Assembly: GCA_963674595.2 (NCBI GenBank)
Contig: CAXXFV010000027.1
Location: forward strand, 128,001-192,000
Source: a bacterium
GTDB taxonomy: Bacteria > Zhuqueibacterota > Zhuqueibacteria > Residuimicrobiales > Krinioviventaceae
Direction: 5' to 3'
Length of the DNA stretch: 64,000 nucleotides
Position numbers and translations under genes: made by a program. Below, in pieces: positions 21,009 to 30,058 of this stretch (position 1 is the first letter of the stretch; the number at the start of each line of letters is the position of its first letter). Under the pieces are notes generated by a model. The model had not been told where the DNA came from. It worked only from the letters and a program-made list of their open reading frames with translations, and searched no databases.

Positions 21009-22262
21009 TTAAAAACTATATTTTGCTTTAATCCAAAATTCACGATTGTCATTGTATTGGCCGAACATGCCTTTATCACCTGAGAACCAATCGATACCAG
21101 TCGAAAGATGTAGTTCATCCGTCAGGGCATAGGTTAAGCTGCTGCGGTCAAAAAAATCACCATGATTCATGCCGATATAGGCAAATGTGTTAATTGTTAA
21201 TGTTTCTCTTAAAAACTTTCTGGAGACATTCCATGTCGAAAACACAGTATGCTCCTTGTCGGACATGATCTCCCTATGGTCCGGGATAAACGTATCCGTC
21301 AATTGAGCACTGAGCGTCCAGTTATTTCCCGGATACCAGTCTACCCCCAGCAGCCACTTCCATATATTTCTATCGAACAAATCGCCGGGTAAACTCTCAG
21401 TTTTAATTTTCTTACCCATAAAGAGAGCTGATTCTCCCCGGACAACAAATGCATTTTTAGGAATTGAAAAAGCGCCACCGATAAATGCAAGACGATGATG
21501 TTCTTTTCGCATATAAACCTGGTTATCCGTAACATCCATTATGCGATAAACAGGAAATTTGTCCCATGTATAAAGCCCGGACAAGGAAAAATCAATTCCG
21601 GATAAATAAAAAGAAATTTTTCCGCCAATCTCACTGCTCTTAAAAGTGTTTTCAGGTTCAAGAGAGGTTTTATAAATTATATCCATATCTTCCGGCAAAT
21701 CGCTTTCCACCACCCAGGGGTTGCCTGTTTCCGGTAATATGGCTGATTGAAAAGTAGGCAGCCAAATCAGTTCTAAAGTTGCTTTATTCATTAAACCCCT
21801 AATTTTAAACGCATCCACCGGAATACGAATGTCATCGTAATCCCTTGCCAGGAATTCCGTATAATCCATAGGAGAAATCATATCGGTTATTTGAACACCA
21901 TCGGCCTTTCCCCAAACCACAATCTGGCGGCCAATACGCATATCCCAATGATCAGCACCATATTCCATATAAGCCTCTCTAAGCTCTACGCCGCTTTGCG
22001 ATTTAAGAACATTATTTTGGATGGCATTCATCGAAAAAAAAGCCAATCCAATATCATTTTCGGCAAACATTTCCAAACGTACCCGATTTCGGGAACTCAA
22101 ATATTCATTGGGCGCGTGGACCTGAATAGCGTGATAAGAATCCACAAAACCTCGAACAGTGTATTGAGCTTGTACCGGATGCGGAAACAACATATACATG
22201 AACAGTAAAACAAAAGTTTGGTACGCCAAACTTTTTATGTAAAAAAAGGGTGGTCTTTTCAT
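21009..22262 (-). CDS. DUF1302-like outer-membrane beta-barrel protein
   Basis: Signal peptide; LREAYMEY..RIGRQIVVWGKADG..D motif; C-terminal KYSF. Confidence 0.75.
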   Translation of the reverse strand: MKRPPFFYIKSLAYQTFVLLFMYMLFPHPVQAQYTVRGFVDSYHAIQVHAPNEYLSSRNRVRLEMFAENDIGLAFFSMNAIQNNVLKSQSGVELREAYMEYGADHWDMRIGRQIVVWGKADGVQITDMISPMDYTEFLARDYDDIRIPVDAFKIRGLMNKATLELIWLPTFQSAILPETGNPWVVESDLPEDMDIIYKTSLEPENTFKSSEIGGKISFYLSGIDFSLSGLYTWDKFPVYRIMDVTDNQVYMRKEHHRLAFIGGAFSIPKNAFVVRGESALFMGKKIKTESLPGDLFDRNIWKWLLGVDWYPGNNWTLSAQLTDTFIPDHREIMSDKEHTVFSTWNVSRKFLRETLTINTFAYIGMNHGDFFDRSSLTYALTDELHLSTGIDWFSGDKGMFGQYNDNREFWIKAKYSF

Positions 22263-23044
22263 TTAATTTTCCCGCGTTCCAAATTAGCTACATGAAAGAT
22301 ATTATCCTGAATACCCAAATCGTAATCTACTTTTTCCAGCTCTAATATGGTTTGGTGTTTTTCTTGAAGATTATTCATCTCCCACCTAAAAATTGTCCAA
22401 AATCCCTGCGTTTCCCGAACATCTGGACAGGTTAAAACCTTGAGTAGATCACCGTTCTTATTATAATATTCAATTTTGAATGCAGTATACGAGTCCTGCC
22501 GAATCCAGTGAATAACCTTTGAGTACATATAATCTTTATCTTTCGGAGTTGATTCTACAATCCAGCACAAATATCCTTCTATGGATTCTTCCTTTAAGAG
22601 TTTATGAACATCTTCATCTACAGACCGGTCGCCCATGTCATCATAAGTAAAATCCGATCCCATGAAATAATCATTCTTTGATGAACCGGAAATACGCCTC
22701 ACTTTTTTAAGGGCCGGCAAATAAAGCCAACGGTCATCTTCTTTTGATGCATCCTTATATTCCCACGAAAGAAATCCGGTGCCCTTAACATCGGCGGGCT
22801 TTTGGAAATACATCAATGTTTTAGTGTCCTGACCATAGTCCTTGGAGTAAGACAAAACCGTTCTCTCCCTTGTATGTCCCCGCTTGTTGATCAGCGTCAT
22901 GTGCATCAAAGTTTGGCGGTCATCCCCGTCCGGTCGTTGATCAACTTTTTCCATAATATCTCGTCCAGATAAAATTTGACCTGATGCAATTGCAGCATTA
23001 AACAAGACAAATAATAACAATGTATAACATTTTAAATTTTTCAT
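22259..23044 (-). CDS. Outer membrane lipoprotein-sorting protein (LolA-like)
   Basis: FQKPADVKGTGFL, DDRWLYLPALKKVRRIS, FMGSDFTYDD. Confidence 0.88.
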   Translation of the reverse strand: MKNLKCYTLLLFVLFNAAIASGQILSGRDIMEKVDQRPDGDDRQTLMHMTLINKRGHTRERTVLSYSKDYGQDTKTLMYFQKPADVKGTGFLSWEYKDASKEDDRWLYLPALKKVRRISGSSKNDYFMGSDFTYDDMGDRSVDEDVHKLLKEESIEGYLCWIVESTPKDKDYMYSKVIHWIRQDSYTAFKIEYYNKNGDLLKVLTCPDVRETQGFWTIFRWEMNNLQEKHQTILELEKVDYDLGIQDNIFHVANLERGKIK

Positions 23045-23111
23045 AATAGGCTCCTGTGTTGGAGTATCAATATAAAATCCGACATACCTCCTTTAACCCG
23101 GTTCCAACCTA

Positions 23112-23157
23112 AGAAGCCGAAATGTTGCCGGGATTATTCCGACAACATCCGGCTTTT
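23112..23157 (-). promoter_or_regulatory. Long hairpin in the 5' leader of the iron-uptake operon (attenuator/terminator-like)
   Basis: Minus strand AAGCCGGATGTTGTCGGA-ataa-TCCCGGCAACATTTCGGCTT; flanked by complementary CCTCCTTTA / TAAAGGAGG. Confidence 0.5.
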
Positions 23158-23559
23158 ATAAAGGAGGAATTATTGACCAAATTTATGGCCAATATCAACA
23201 CTATCAATTTTTTGTACATACAGTCATTTGCCATTTAAAACGACCGGTACAACCTGCAACAGCTTTCTGAGATTGATTATAAAAAATGTAATCCAATGAT
23301 AATGGTATCAAAAGAGTAATAAATAGTGCTTCCCAATCATTCCTAAATTTACATCCTATAATCTACAGTATAATAGAATGGTTTTCCATAAAGCTGTTTA
23401 ATTGATAATTAATTATAAACGGATTAATATAACAAAATGGCAAAACGAAATCTATCGCATGAAGTAATGATTTTTATATAATTGTATAGTTAAAAATAGG
23501 GATAAAAGGGGCTGTTATAACTGTTGATTTTTATAATCCGTGCCCATAAAGTATAAATT

Positions 23560-23770
23560 CTGATCGAATTATAAAAAGAAACCAGTTAAAAGGGCTACAC
23601 ATAATTAATGACAAAGATTGTGTTACCATTGGAGAACTGTCAATATATATGAGAATAGCCAGAGGTACATGGTACAATTGTGTTAGTAACGGAAAAAATT
23701 CCACATACTAAAAAAGTGAGGATTAAAATTTAACAGAGAATAAATAGATAACTAGTTATAATCAAAAAAT
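23560..23770 (+). pseudogene. Degraded excisionase-like (HTH_17) gene
   Basis: Manual translation across shifts: ..NDKDCVTIGELSIYMRIARGTWYNCVSNGK/IPHTKK/GLKFNRE*IDN*L*, matching the Xis pattern with stops and frameshifts. Confidence 0.55.
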
Positions 23771-23896
23771 TTAAATCCGAATGATATCTGGAAATAGATG
23801 ATAAAAAAAAGACTCATAAAGAACTGGTATAAGACCAAAGAGAATTATCTTGATTTTATGCAGTAATTTTATTAAAATTGGTAGCATTAAATCAAA

Positions 23897-23977
23897 AAAC
23901 ACCGAACCAGAATCGTATCCCTCCTGGACGGAAGATTTGGAGGTGATACAAAAGGTGATACAGTCGATGAAAAGTGA
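23897..23977 (+). mobile_element. C-terminal relic of a tyrosine integrase with arm-type direct repeats
   Basis: KHRTRIVSLLDGRFGGDTKGDTVDEK*; direct repeat AGGTGATACA at 23941 and 23953; 40 nt upstream of the tRNA. Confidence 0.45.
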
Positions 23978-24017
23978 AAATAATTTGCAACCATAACTCA
24001 AGTAATAATAAATTATT

Positions 24018-24091
24018 GCCCCTGTAGCTCAGTAGGATAGAGCAACGGTTTCCTAAACCGTGGGCCGTGCGTTCGAATCGCGCCAGGGGCA
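24018..24091 (+). tRNA. tRNA-Arg (anticodon CCT)
   Basis: Full cloverleaf: acceptor GCCCCTG/CAGGGGC, D stem GCTC/GAGC, anticodon arm ACGGT-ttCCTaa-ACCGT, T arm GTGCG-TTCGAAT-CGCGC; CCA not encoded. Confidence 0.97.
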
Positions 24092-24098
24092 CAAAAAT

Positions 24099-24130
24099 AA
24101 AGGCAGTTTATTCTCAAGCTGCCTTTTTTT
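24099..24130 (+). terminator. Rho-independent terminator after tRNA-Arg
   Basis: AAAGGCAG/CTGCCTTT stem plus T-tract. Confidence 0.75.
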
Positions 24131-24257
24131 ATGGTTACTTTTCATGTTCTTATACGGAAAAAAATTGAAATTCCCGTTGTTATTTTTCTAAATTTGGTTA
24201 AATTATTTTTAAAATACAAATTCAAGCCAGAATTAAAAATAGAAACAGGAGATTACT

Positions 24258-24811
24258 ATGAAAAAACAAATGATATTTCTTTGTCTGTTATCTGTTGTTT
24301 TAATTCAAACTGTAAAGGCCCAGGAAAATGAAATTAGTAACAAAATGAGCCTGGGATTTCAATTAAACCAATATCAACGCGATTTTGGATTGGGAATACA
24401 GGCAACCACCCCCTATTTTGCTCAGGGCAATATGGCTGTTCGTTTTAGAGCAAACTATATGTATTTAGAACATTTGGATACCGAAAATCTGTTAGACCTT
24501 GAAATGACCTGGACTCCCTATTTCAATATATGCATCGGGCTGGTAGGTGTTTCCGGAAAATCGGCGATTTTATGCGGCTATACGGTGAAGGCGGCTCGAT
24601 CATAATACTGCCTTCAAAAGATTTTTCATCAGAAGATATGGTTTTTGGCGGTTATGGTTGTTTCGGTTTTGAATTTTATATGTATAGCAAAGCAAATTAT
24701 TTTATCGAACTCGGTGGTATTGGGACCGCAGCAACAGCCGATAAATTATCCACTAAACCAATTTATTCAAACGGTTTTCTTATCAGCACAGGATTTCGAA
24801 AACATTTTTAA
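24258..24811 (+). pseudogene. Hypothetical outer-membrane beta-barrel protein with one frameshift near 24556
   Basis: Signal peptide VKA-Q; frame changes at GGAAAATC (one A short for GKIGDFMRLYGEGG); ends GFRKHF. Confidence 0.6.
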
Positions 24812-24890
24812 CCAACAAATCAAAAAAATACAAGGCAAAAACTTGAAGGCCATATAGGAACACAACCACTTTTCACGAAAAGGACCAGGA

Positions 24891-25208
24891 ATGAGAATTG
24901 CATTTAAAATGAAACTAAAACCAGGATTTGAAGAAACATACACCCAGCGGCATAATCCAATTTGGCCTGAATTAGAAGCTGTTTTGATACGTCAAGGCGT
25001 TAAAAGTTATTCAATATTTTTAGATCAGGAATCTGATACACTTTTTGCATACGCTGAGATTGAAAATCTGGAAAAATGGAAAGAAATCGCGCACACAGAC
25101 GAATGTCAAAGATGGTGGCGGTATATGGCGCCACTTATGGAAGTGAATGATGATAACAGTCCGAAAGAAATAGAATTAAAACAAGTGTTTCATATTGAAC
25201 AAAAATAA
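24891..25208 (+). CDS. rhaM: L-rhamnose mutarotase
   Basis: MRIAFKMKLKPG..YTQRHNPIWPEL..YSIFLD..LFAY..CQRWWRYMAPLM. Confidence 0.92.
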   Translation: MRIAFKMKLKPGFEETYTQRHNPIWPELEAVLIRQGVKSYSIFLDQESDTLFAYAEIENLEKWKEIAHTDECQRWWRYMAPLMEVNDDNSPKEIELKQVFHIEQK

Positions 25209-25230
25209 TTAACATTAGAAAATAAACTAT

Positions 25231-25279
25231 GAAAAGTCCCTCCTGTCGTTTGCTTAAACGGAAGAGGGACTTTCTTTTT
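25231..25279 (+). terminator. Rho-independent terminator after rhaM
   Basis: AAAGTCCCTC/GAGGGACTTT stem followed by CTTTTT. Confidence 0.75.
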
Positions 25280-25337
25280 AGAGAGAATGCTCATACTTGA
25301 ACTATCATCTGTGTATTATAATATTTTCAAAAAACTC

Positions 25338-25518
25338 TTGCACTGTTTTAAATAATATGTATAATTGTTTTATCAGTAATTAAGGTTTATTTTTGCAGAA
25401 AAATGGGTAAACTCGGGAATTTTTGAAAATCTTTTACTGATTAACCAAATATGAATATGGGAACCAAAAGCGCCAACCAGGAACATATTGTGTCGGAATT
25501 TAAATTATATTCCTGTTG
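25338..25518 (+). promoter_or_regulatory. Promoter plus conserved structured leader, copy 1 of 3 (candidate cis-regulatory RNA)
   Basis: TTGCAC-16-TATAAT, then ATCAGTAA/TTACTGAT stem; aligns with 43886-44064 and 51803-51984. Confidence 0.6.
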
Positions 25519-25765
25519 TCACGCCGATAATATTATTAGATTGGGCAGAGAATACCCAATTGATAGAAAAATACATGACCATCAATATTTTTCGGAAAAA
25601 CCATAGTTAGTACAACCAACTATGTTATTAACTGTTAAACATGATATAAACTAATAATAGGACACAGACCCCATTTACTAACATTCAACTTTAATATCAA
25701 TGTATTGTAATGGTTGTCTTTTAAAAGACAACTCAAATAATAACATTAATTTATTGGAGGTTGAA

Positions 25766-26173
25766 ATGCCAAGTATTAAAATTAAAAAATTTTCTATTTC
25801 TGTCCCCACGAATAGTAAAATTAACGTTAATGTCGAGTTTGATATTACACAAACAGACACTGAAAAGCGTTTAGAGATTCCAGGCAAAGTATTCTTTCAT
25901 TTAATGGAATGGGATGGTTCTTATAAAGATACCATGAATTTAACAGCAGATGGAAGTTATCTGCGAACAGGTGAACAAGATGATGATATAGCCGCCTTTT
26001 ACAAATACGCAGGTATGTTTACATCAGGAACATATAAATTTACTTTTAGTGTAGATAAAAGTCATTTACCAGGAGAATGGGGGAATGAAGAATGGTACGT
26101 TATCGGAGAATGTACAGCCGATGTAATAGATTCTCTCACGTATTCAAAGCATCTAAGTCTCAATCTCGCTTAA
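25766..26173 (+). CDS. Hypothetical protein (135 aa)
   Basis: GGAGG RBS before ATG 25766; followed by hairpin AGCGGGAG/CTCCCGCT; no family recognised. Confidence 0.7.
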   Translation: MPSIKIKKFSISVPTNSKINVNVEFDITQTDTEKRLEIPGKVFFHLMEWDGSYKDTMNLTADGSYLRTGEQDDDIAAFYKYAGMFTSGTYKFTFSVDKSHLPGEWGNEEWYVIGECTADVIDSLTYSKHLSLNLA

Positions 26174-26322
26174 AAAAGTCATAATTTTATTATGTTTTAT
26201 GTCAGCGGGAGCGATACTCTCCCGCTCATTAAATAAAAGAGTATAAAAAAAGATGTCTGGGAATAAACGTTTTTTTATTAAAATAAATACCTGATACTTG
26301 ATTCTTTAATAGTGATATCGAC

Positions 26323-28287
26323 ATGAAAAAAAATGAATATCTAATTTTTGTAATGTTAATTTGTTTGATTCTGCTCCCTGTTTACAGCCAATCAACCGAT
26401 TTACTCAAGCAATCAAATTATTCTCCTTATTTGAGAGGTCAAAGTATTAAATCAATCCCATCCGATTTTCAGGCAACAAGCTGGTTTGAAAAACAATTGG
26501 ATTGGGTTGACGGACGGTTTTCACAGGGTTTGGCTTATGACGGCGCCTATTGGTATTTTTCAGAAAAAGATGGCCTTTATAAAACAGATGAAAATTATAA
26601 TATGCTTTTGGAGGTTACCGGTAACCAAAATCCAATTCCGGACTCTCTCAGGGCCGAGGGTTTTCATCACATCGGGGATATAGCCTGTTTTCAGGGAAAT
26701 ATTTATGCTCCGATTGAAGAACCTACCTATACAAAACCGGTGATTATTACTTTTGATGCAGACAGCCTAAAATACACGGGTTTTTGTGTGCAAGTCCCGC
26801 AAGCTCATTTCCCCTGGATTGCCGCTGATCCGAATACTGGTCTTTTTTATTCATCTGAATTTAGTAACGCAGACCGCATATTTGTCTATGATTCAAACCA
26901 AAATTTCGCCCTTGTTGATCAGATAATGTTGAGCTCCCCGGTGGACCGCGTTCAGGGCGGCGCTGTTTTGGACAGCCTTTTGTATCTTTCCTGTGATAAT
27001 GGTGATTATGTGTATAGTATGGATATAGCGACCGGTACGGTGAATTCTTTGTTCAGTGTACTGTATTTACCGGAAATGGAAGGAATTGAGGCCTGTAAAC
27101 TTCCGTCCGGATTATTGCATTTTATTGCTGAAACCGGTCTGTCGCAAAATCTATTTTATCATTACGATCAACCTTTACCGGATGATATAAAATTAAGTGC
27201 CGTTTTGCTGCCGGAACCTGAAATGCCGATTTTTAGAAAATTTAATCCGCAAATAGTTTTGCAAAACGTTGGTATGAATGTCGGGCAAAATATCAATGTA
27301 ACTTGTATAATAGATAATAATAGTGTTGAAATTTACAGGGACACTCAAATTGTATCCGATGTGGAAAGCTTTGCAGAAATAGCAGTTGTGTTCAAAGACT
27401 GGTCACCAACAGAAATCGCCACATATAATTTTACTTTTATCAGCCAAATGGCAAACGATATGAATGCACTCAATGATACGTTACGCGTTACAATGGATGC
27501 GGGAAATATCGTTGAAAATTTCAATGCCGGTACAACAAATTGGGTCCTGGAGGGAAATTGGGTCCGATTGTTGGGAAAAGATTATACCTGGGGTATTGCA
27601 ACAATGCCCCGACCCTATCAAAACAATATGAACGCAATTCTATCTTACCTCCCCTCCTTTGATTTTTCGACCATTACTTTTCCGGATTCGATTGGGCTGA
27701 GTTTCTGGATGCGATATTGGCTTGAAAGCGGCAAAGATTTCTGTTATCTAGAAGTTAGTTCAGACAGCGTTTCATGGCAGACCGTGGCCGATTTTACAGG
27801 CATTACAAGTTCCTGGGAACAAAAATTTGTGTCTTTAAATGATTTTACAGGTCCCGGATATAATAACGTGCAAATCAGGTTTCGATTCGTGTCTGATTCG
27901 CTGGGTACGGACGAAGGCATTAACTTGGATGATATACAAATTTATATAGCACAACGTTCTGCAGCCGTTGAGAAACGGCCGGATAAAAATGTTATACCTG
28001 ATGGTATAGCACTCTATCAAAATTATCCGAATCCGTTTAATCCAAGTACGGTTATTGAATACGAACTGCACTCGGGTTCAGGTCCATGTGATATAACGTT
28101 GGAGATTTTTAATATTTTAGGCGAACGGATAAAAACGTTTCGATCTGTACAGAATCCCGGTAAATACAGCTTCACCTGGGACGGTGTGGACAATTATGGC
28201 AACAGCGTTCCGAGCGGTGTTTATTATTATCGCATAAGAACGGATTTTGAATATACTTCGTTGCAAAAAATGTTATTGATGAAATGA
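26323..28287 (+). CDS. Secreted protein: beta-propeller-like N-terminus, Ig/CARDB-like and jelly-roll domains, C-terminal FlgD-Ig/T9SS-type domain
   Basis: Signal peptide; LESGKDFCYLEVS..QIRFRFVSD..GINLDDI; LYQNYPNPFNPST..WDGVDNYGNSVPSGVYYY. Confidence 0.78.
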   Translation: MKKNEYLIFVMLICLILLPVYSQSTDLLKQSNYSPYLRGQSIKSIPSDFQATSWFEKQLDWVDGRFSQGLAYDGAYWYFSEKDGLYKTDENYNMLLEVTGNQNPIPDSLRAEGFHHIGDIACFQGNIYAPIEEPTYTKPVIITFDADSLKYTGFCVQVPQAHFPWIAADPNTGLFYSSEFSNADRIFVYDSNQNFALVDQIMLSSPVDRVQGGAVLDSLLYLSCDNGDYVYSMDIATGTVNSLFSVLYLPEMEGIEACKLPSGLLHFIAETGLSQNLFYHYDQPLPDDIKLSAVLLPEPEMPIFRKFNPQIVLQNVGMNVGQNINVTCIIDNNSVEIYRDTQIVSDVESFAEIAVVFKDWSPTEIATYNFTFISQMANDMNALNDTLRVTMDAGNIVENFNAGTTNWVLEGNWVRLLGKDYTWGIATMPRPYQNNMNAILSYLPSFDFSTITFPDSIGLSFWMRYWLESGKDFCYLEVSSDSVSWQTVADFTGITSSWEQKFVSLNDFTGPGYNNVQIRFRFVSDSLGTDEGINLDDIQIYIAQRSAAVEKRPDKNVIPDGIALYQNYPNPFNPSTVIEYELHSGSGPCDITLEIFNILGERIKTFRSVQNPGKYSFTWDGVDNYGNSVPSGVYYYRIRTDFEYTSLQKMLLMK

Positions 28288-28314
28288 TTTATCCTTGGCA
28301 ATAACAGGGAATGG

Positions 28315-28815
28315 CACATACCATTTCCATTACCGTAGGGACAGCCCCCTGTGTCTGTCCTGGTATCGGGCAATTTATTGGGCAATCACAGGGGATTGCC
28401 CCTACAATATAGGGCAATTTATCGGGCAATCACAGGGGATTGCCCCTACAAAATCGGGTAATCACGGATAATCACACATACCATTTCCATTACCGTAGGG
28501 ACAGACCCCTGTGTCTGTCCTGGTATCGGGCAATTTATCGGGCAATCATAGGGGATTGCCCCTACAAAATCGGGTAATCAAAGATAATCACACATACCAT
28601 TTCCATTACCGTAGGGACAGACCCCCGTGTCTGTCCTGGTATCGGGCAATTTATCGGGCAATCATAGGGGATTGCCCCTACAAAATCGGGTAATCAAAGA
28701 TAATCACACATGCCATTTCCATTACCGTAGGGACAGACCCCCTGTGTCTGTCCTGGAATCGGGCAATTTGTCGGGCAATCACAGGGGATTGCCCCTACAA
28801 TATCGGGTAATCACA
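28315..28815. repeat. BIME-like array of GTAG-type REP palindromes (116-bp period)
   Basis: GTAGGGACAG..CTGTCC at 28335, 28495, 28611, 28727 paired with five inverted GGGCAATC..GATTGCCCCTAC copies; linkers nearly identical. Confidence 0.85.
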
Positions 28816-28947
28816 AAGATTGCCTTTACGATTTAACCTTGATTTTTTCCTGTCATTTTCCTACAATAAACAACAAGGCGGACGATTTAAATTTTTCTTA
28901 TAAATCGACATAGGTGAATTCATAAAATATTAAAAGGTGATATTATT

Positions 28948-29790
28948 ATGAAAAAGGTTTTGATTGCCGGAACAACAGGATATTTGGGACAACACGTTGT
29001 AAAAGAGTTTAAGGCGCAGGGATATTGGATTCGCGCACTGGCAAGAAATGCCAAAAAGCTTGAAAATTTAATAGGATATATTGATGAAATTGTAATAGGT
29101 GATGTTACCAATCCCGAATCTTTAACGGATATTTGCAAAGACATGGATTATGTATTTACATCCATAGGCATTACAAAGCAAAAAGACAATTTAACATATA
29201 TGGATGTGGACTATCAGGGTAATAAAAATCTTTTGGATAATGCAAAAAAACATGGCGTATCTAAATTTATTTATATTTCAGTATTTAACATTGATAAATT
29301 GAAAAATCTAAAAGGTGCGCATGCCAAGGAAAAATTTACAACAGAGTTGAAAGAATCAGGAATAAATTATCTTGTTATTTATCCGAACGGATTCTTTTCA
29401 GATATTTTAGAGTACCTGCGAATGGCCAAAAAGGGACGCGGTTATGTTTTCGGTTCCGGTGAATATAAACTTAATCCGATTCATGGAAATGATCTGGCAA
29501 AATTCTGTGTTGAGGGTGTTGCCTCTAAAGAAACAGAGCTTGATGTTGGAGGTCCGGATGTTTTTACGCATAATGAAATTTTAAAAATGGCTTTTGAAAT
29601 ATTATCTAAACCTGTTAAAATATCCGGCATACCAATATGGTTAAAAAATTGCCTTTTAAGCTTAATGCGGACATTCACATCGTCCAAAACATATGGTCCC
29701 ATAGAATTTTTCATGACGGTTTTGGCCATGGATATGGTGGCCCCTACATACGGAAAGTATCATTTAAAACAATATTTTTTTGGAAAATAA
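28948..29790 (+). CDS. SDR/NmrA-like NAD(P)-dependent oxidoreductase
   Basis: VLIAGTTGYLG Rossmann motif; DVDYQGNKNLL; NPIHGNDLA. Confidence 0.87.
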   Translation: MKKVLIAGTTGYLGQHVVKEFKAQGYWIRALARNAKKLENLIGYIDEIVIGDVTNPESLTDICKDMDYVFTSIGITKQKDNLTYMDVDYQGNKNLLDNAKKHGVSKFIYISVFNIDKLKNLKGAHAKEKFTTELKESGINYLVIYPNGFFSDILEYLRMAKKGRGYVFGSGEYKLNPIHGNDLAKFCVEGVASKETELDVGGPDVFTHNEILKMAFEILSKPVKISGIPIWLKNCLLSLMRTFTSSKTYGPIEFFMTVLAMDMVAPTYGKYHLKQYFFGK

Positions 29791-30058
29791 AGATAAAATA
29801 TAAAGACGAATACTTGTAAAAATCAAGTTGATGGCAACTTTTTCCATTTCACACCTATGCCGACCAGACAGTTATAATCAAAAAAACCTTTGATTGTAAA
29901 ACCTGCATTTTTAAAATACCTCCTATCAACTTTGCCTCAAAAAAAATGAAAAAAAATTCATATTTTCGTTGCATAATTTATTATAATTTATTACTATAGA
30001 CAACTAAACAATGAATAAGGTTCAGAGGGGATTACAGTAACACTCATCAGAAAAGGAG

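Noticed and set aside
23297-23418. Canonical Fur boxes
   Set aside because: TGATAAT half-sites are present but spacing deviates from the 7-1-7 consensus in very AT-rich DNA; not called as features
23771-24331. Short ORFs at 23771, 23892 and 24131
   Set aside because: Antisense to the tRNA/integrase relic or low-complexity promoter DNA; no coding signals
28315-28815. Possible CRISPR array, and the short ORFs at 28511 and 28627
   Set aside because: Intervening segments are identical rather than unique spacers, the period is 116 bp, there are no cas genes and GTAG/CTAC ends indicate REPs; the ORFs are repeat translations
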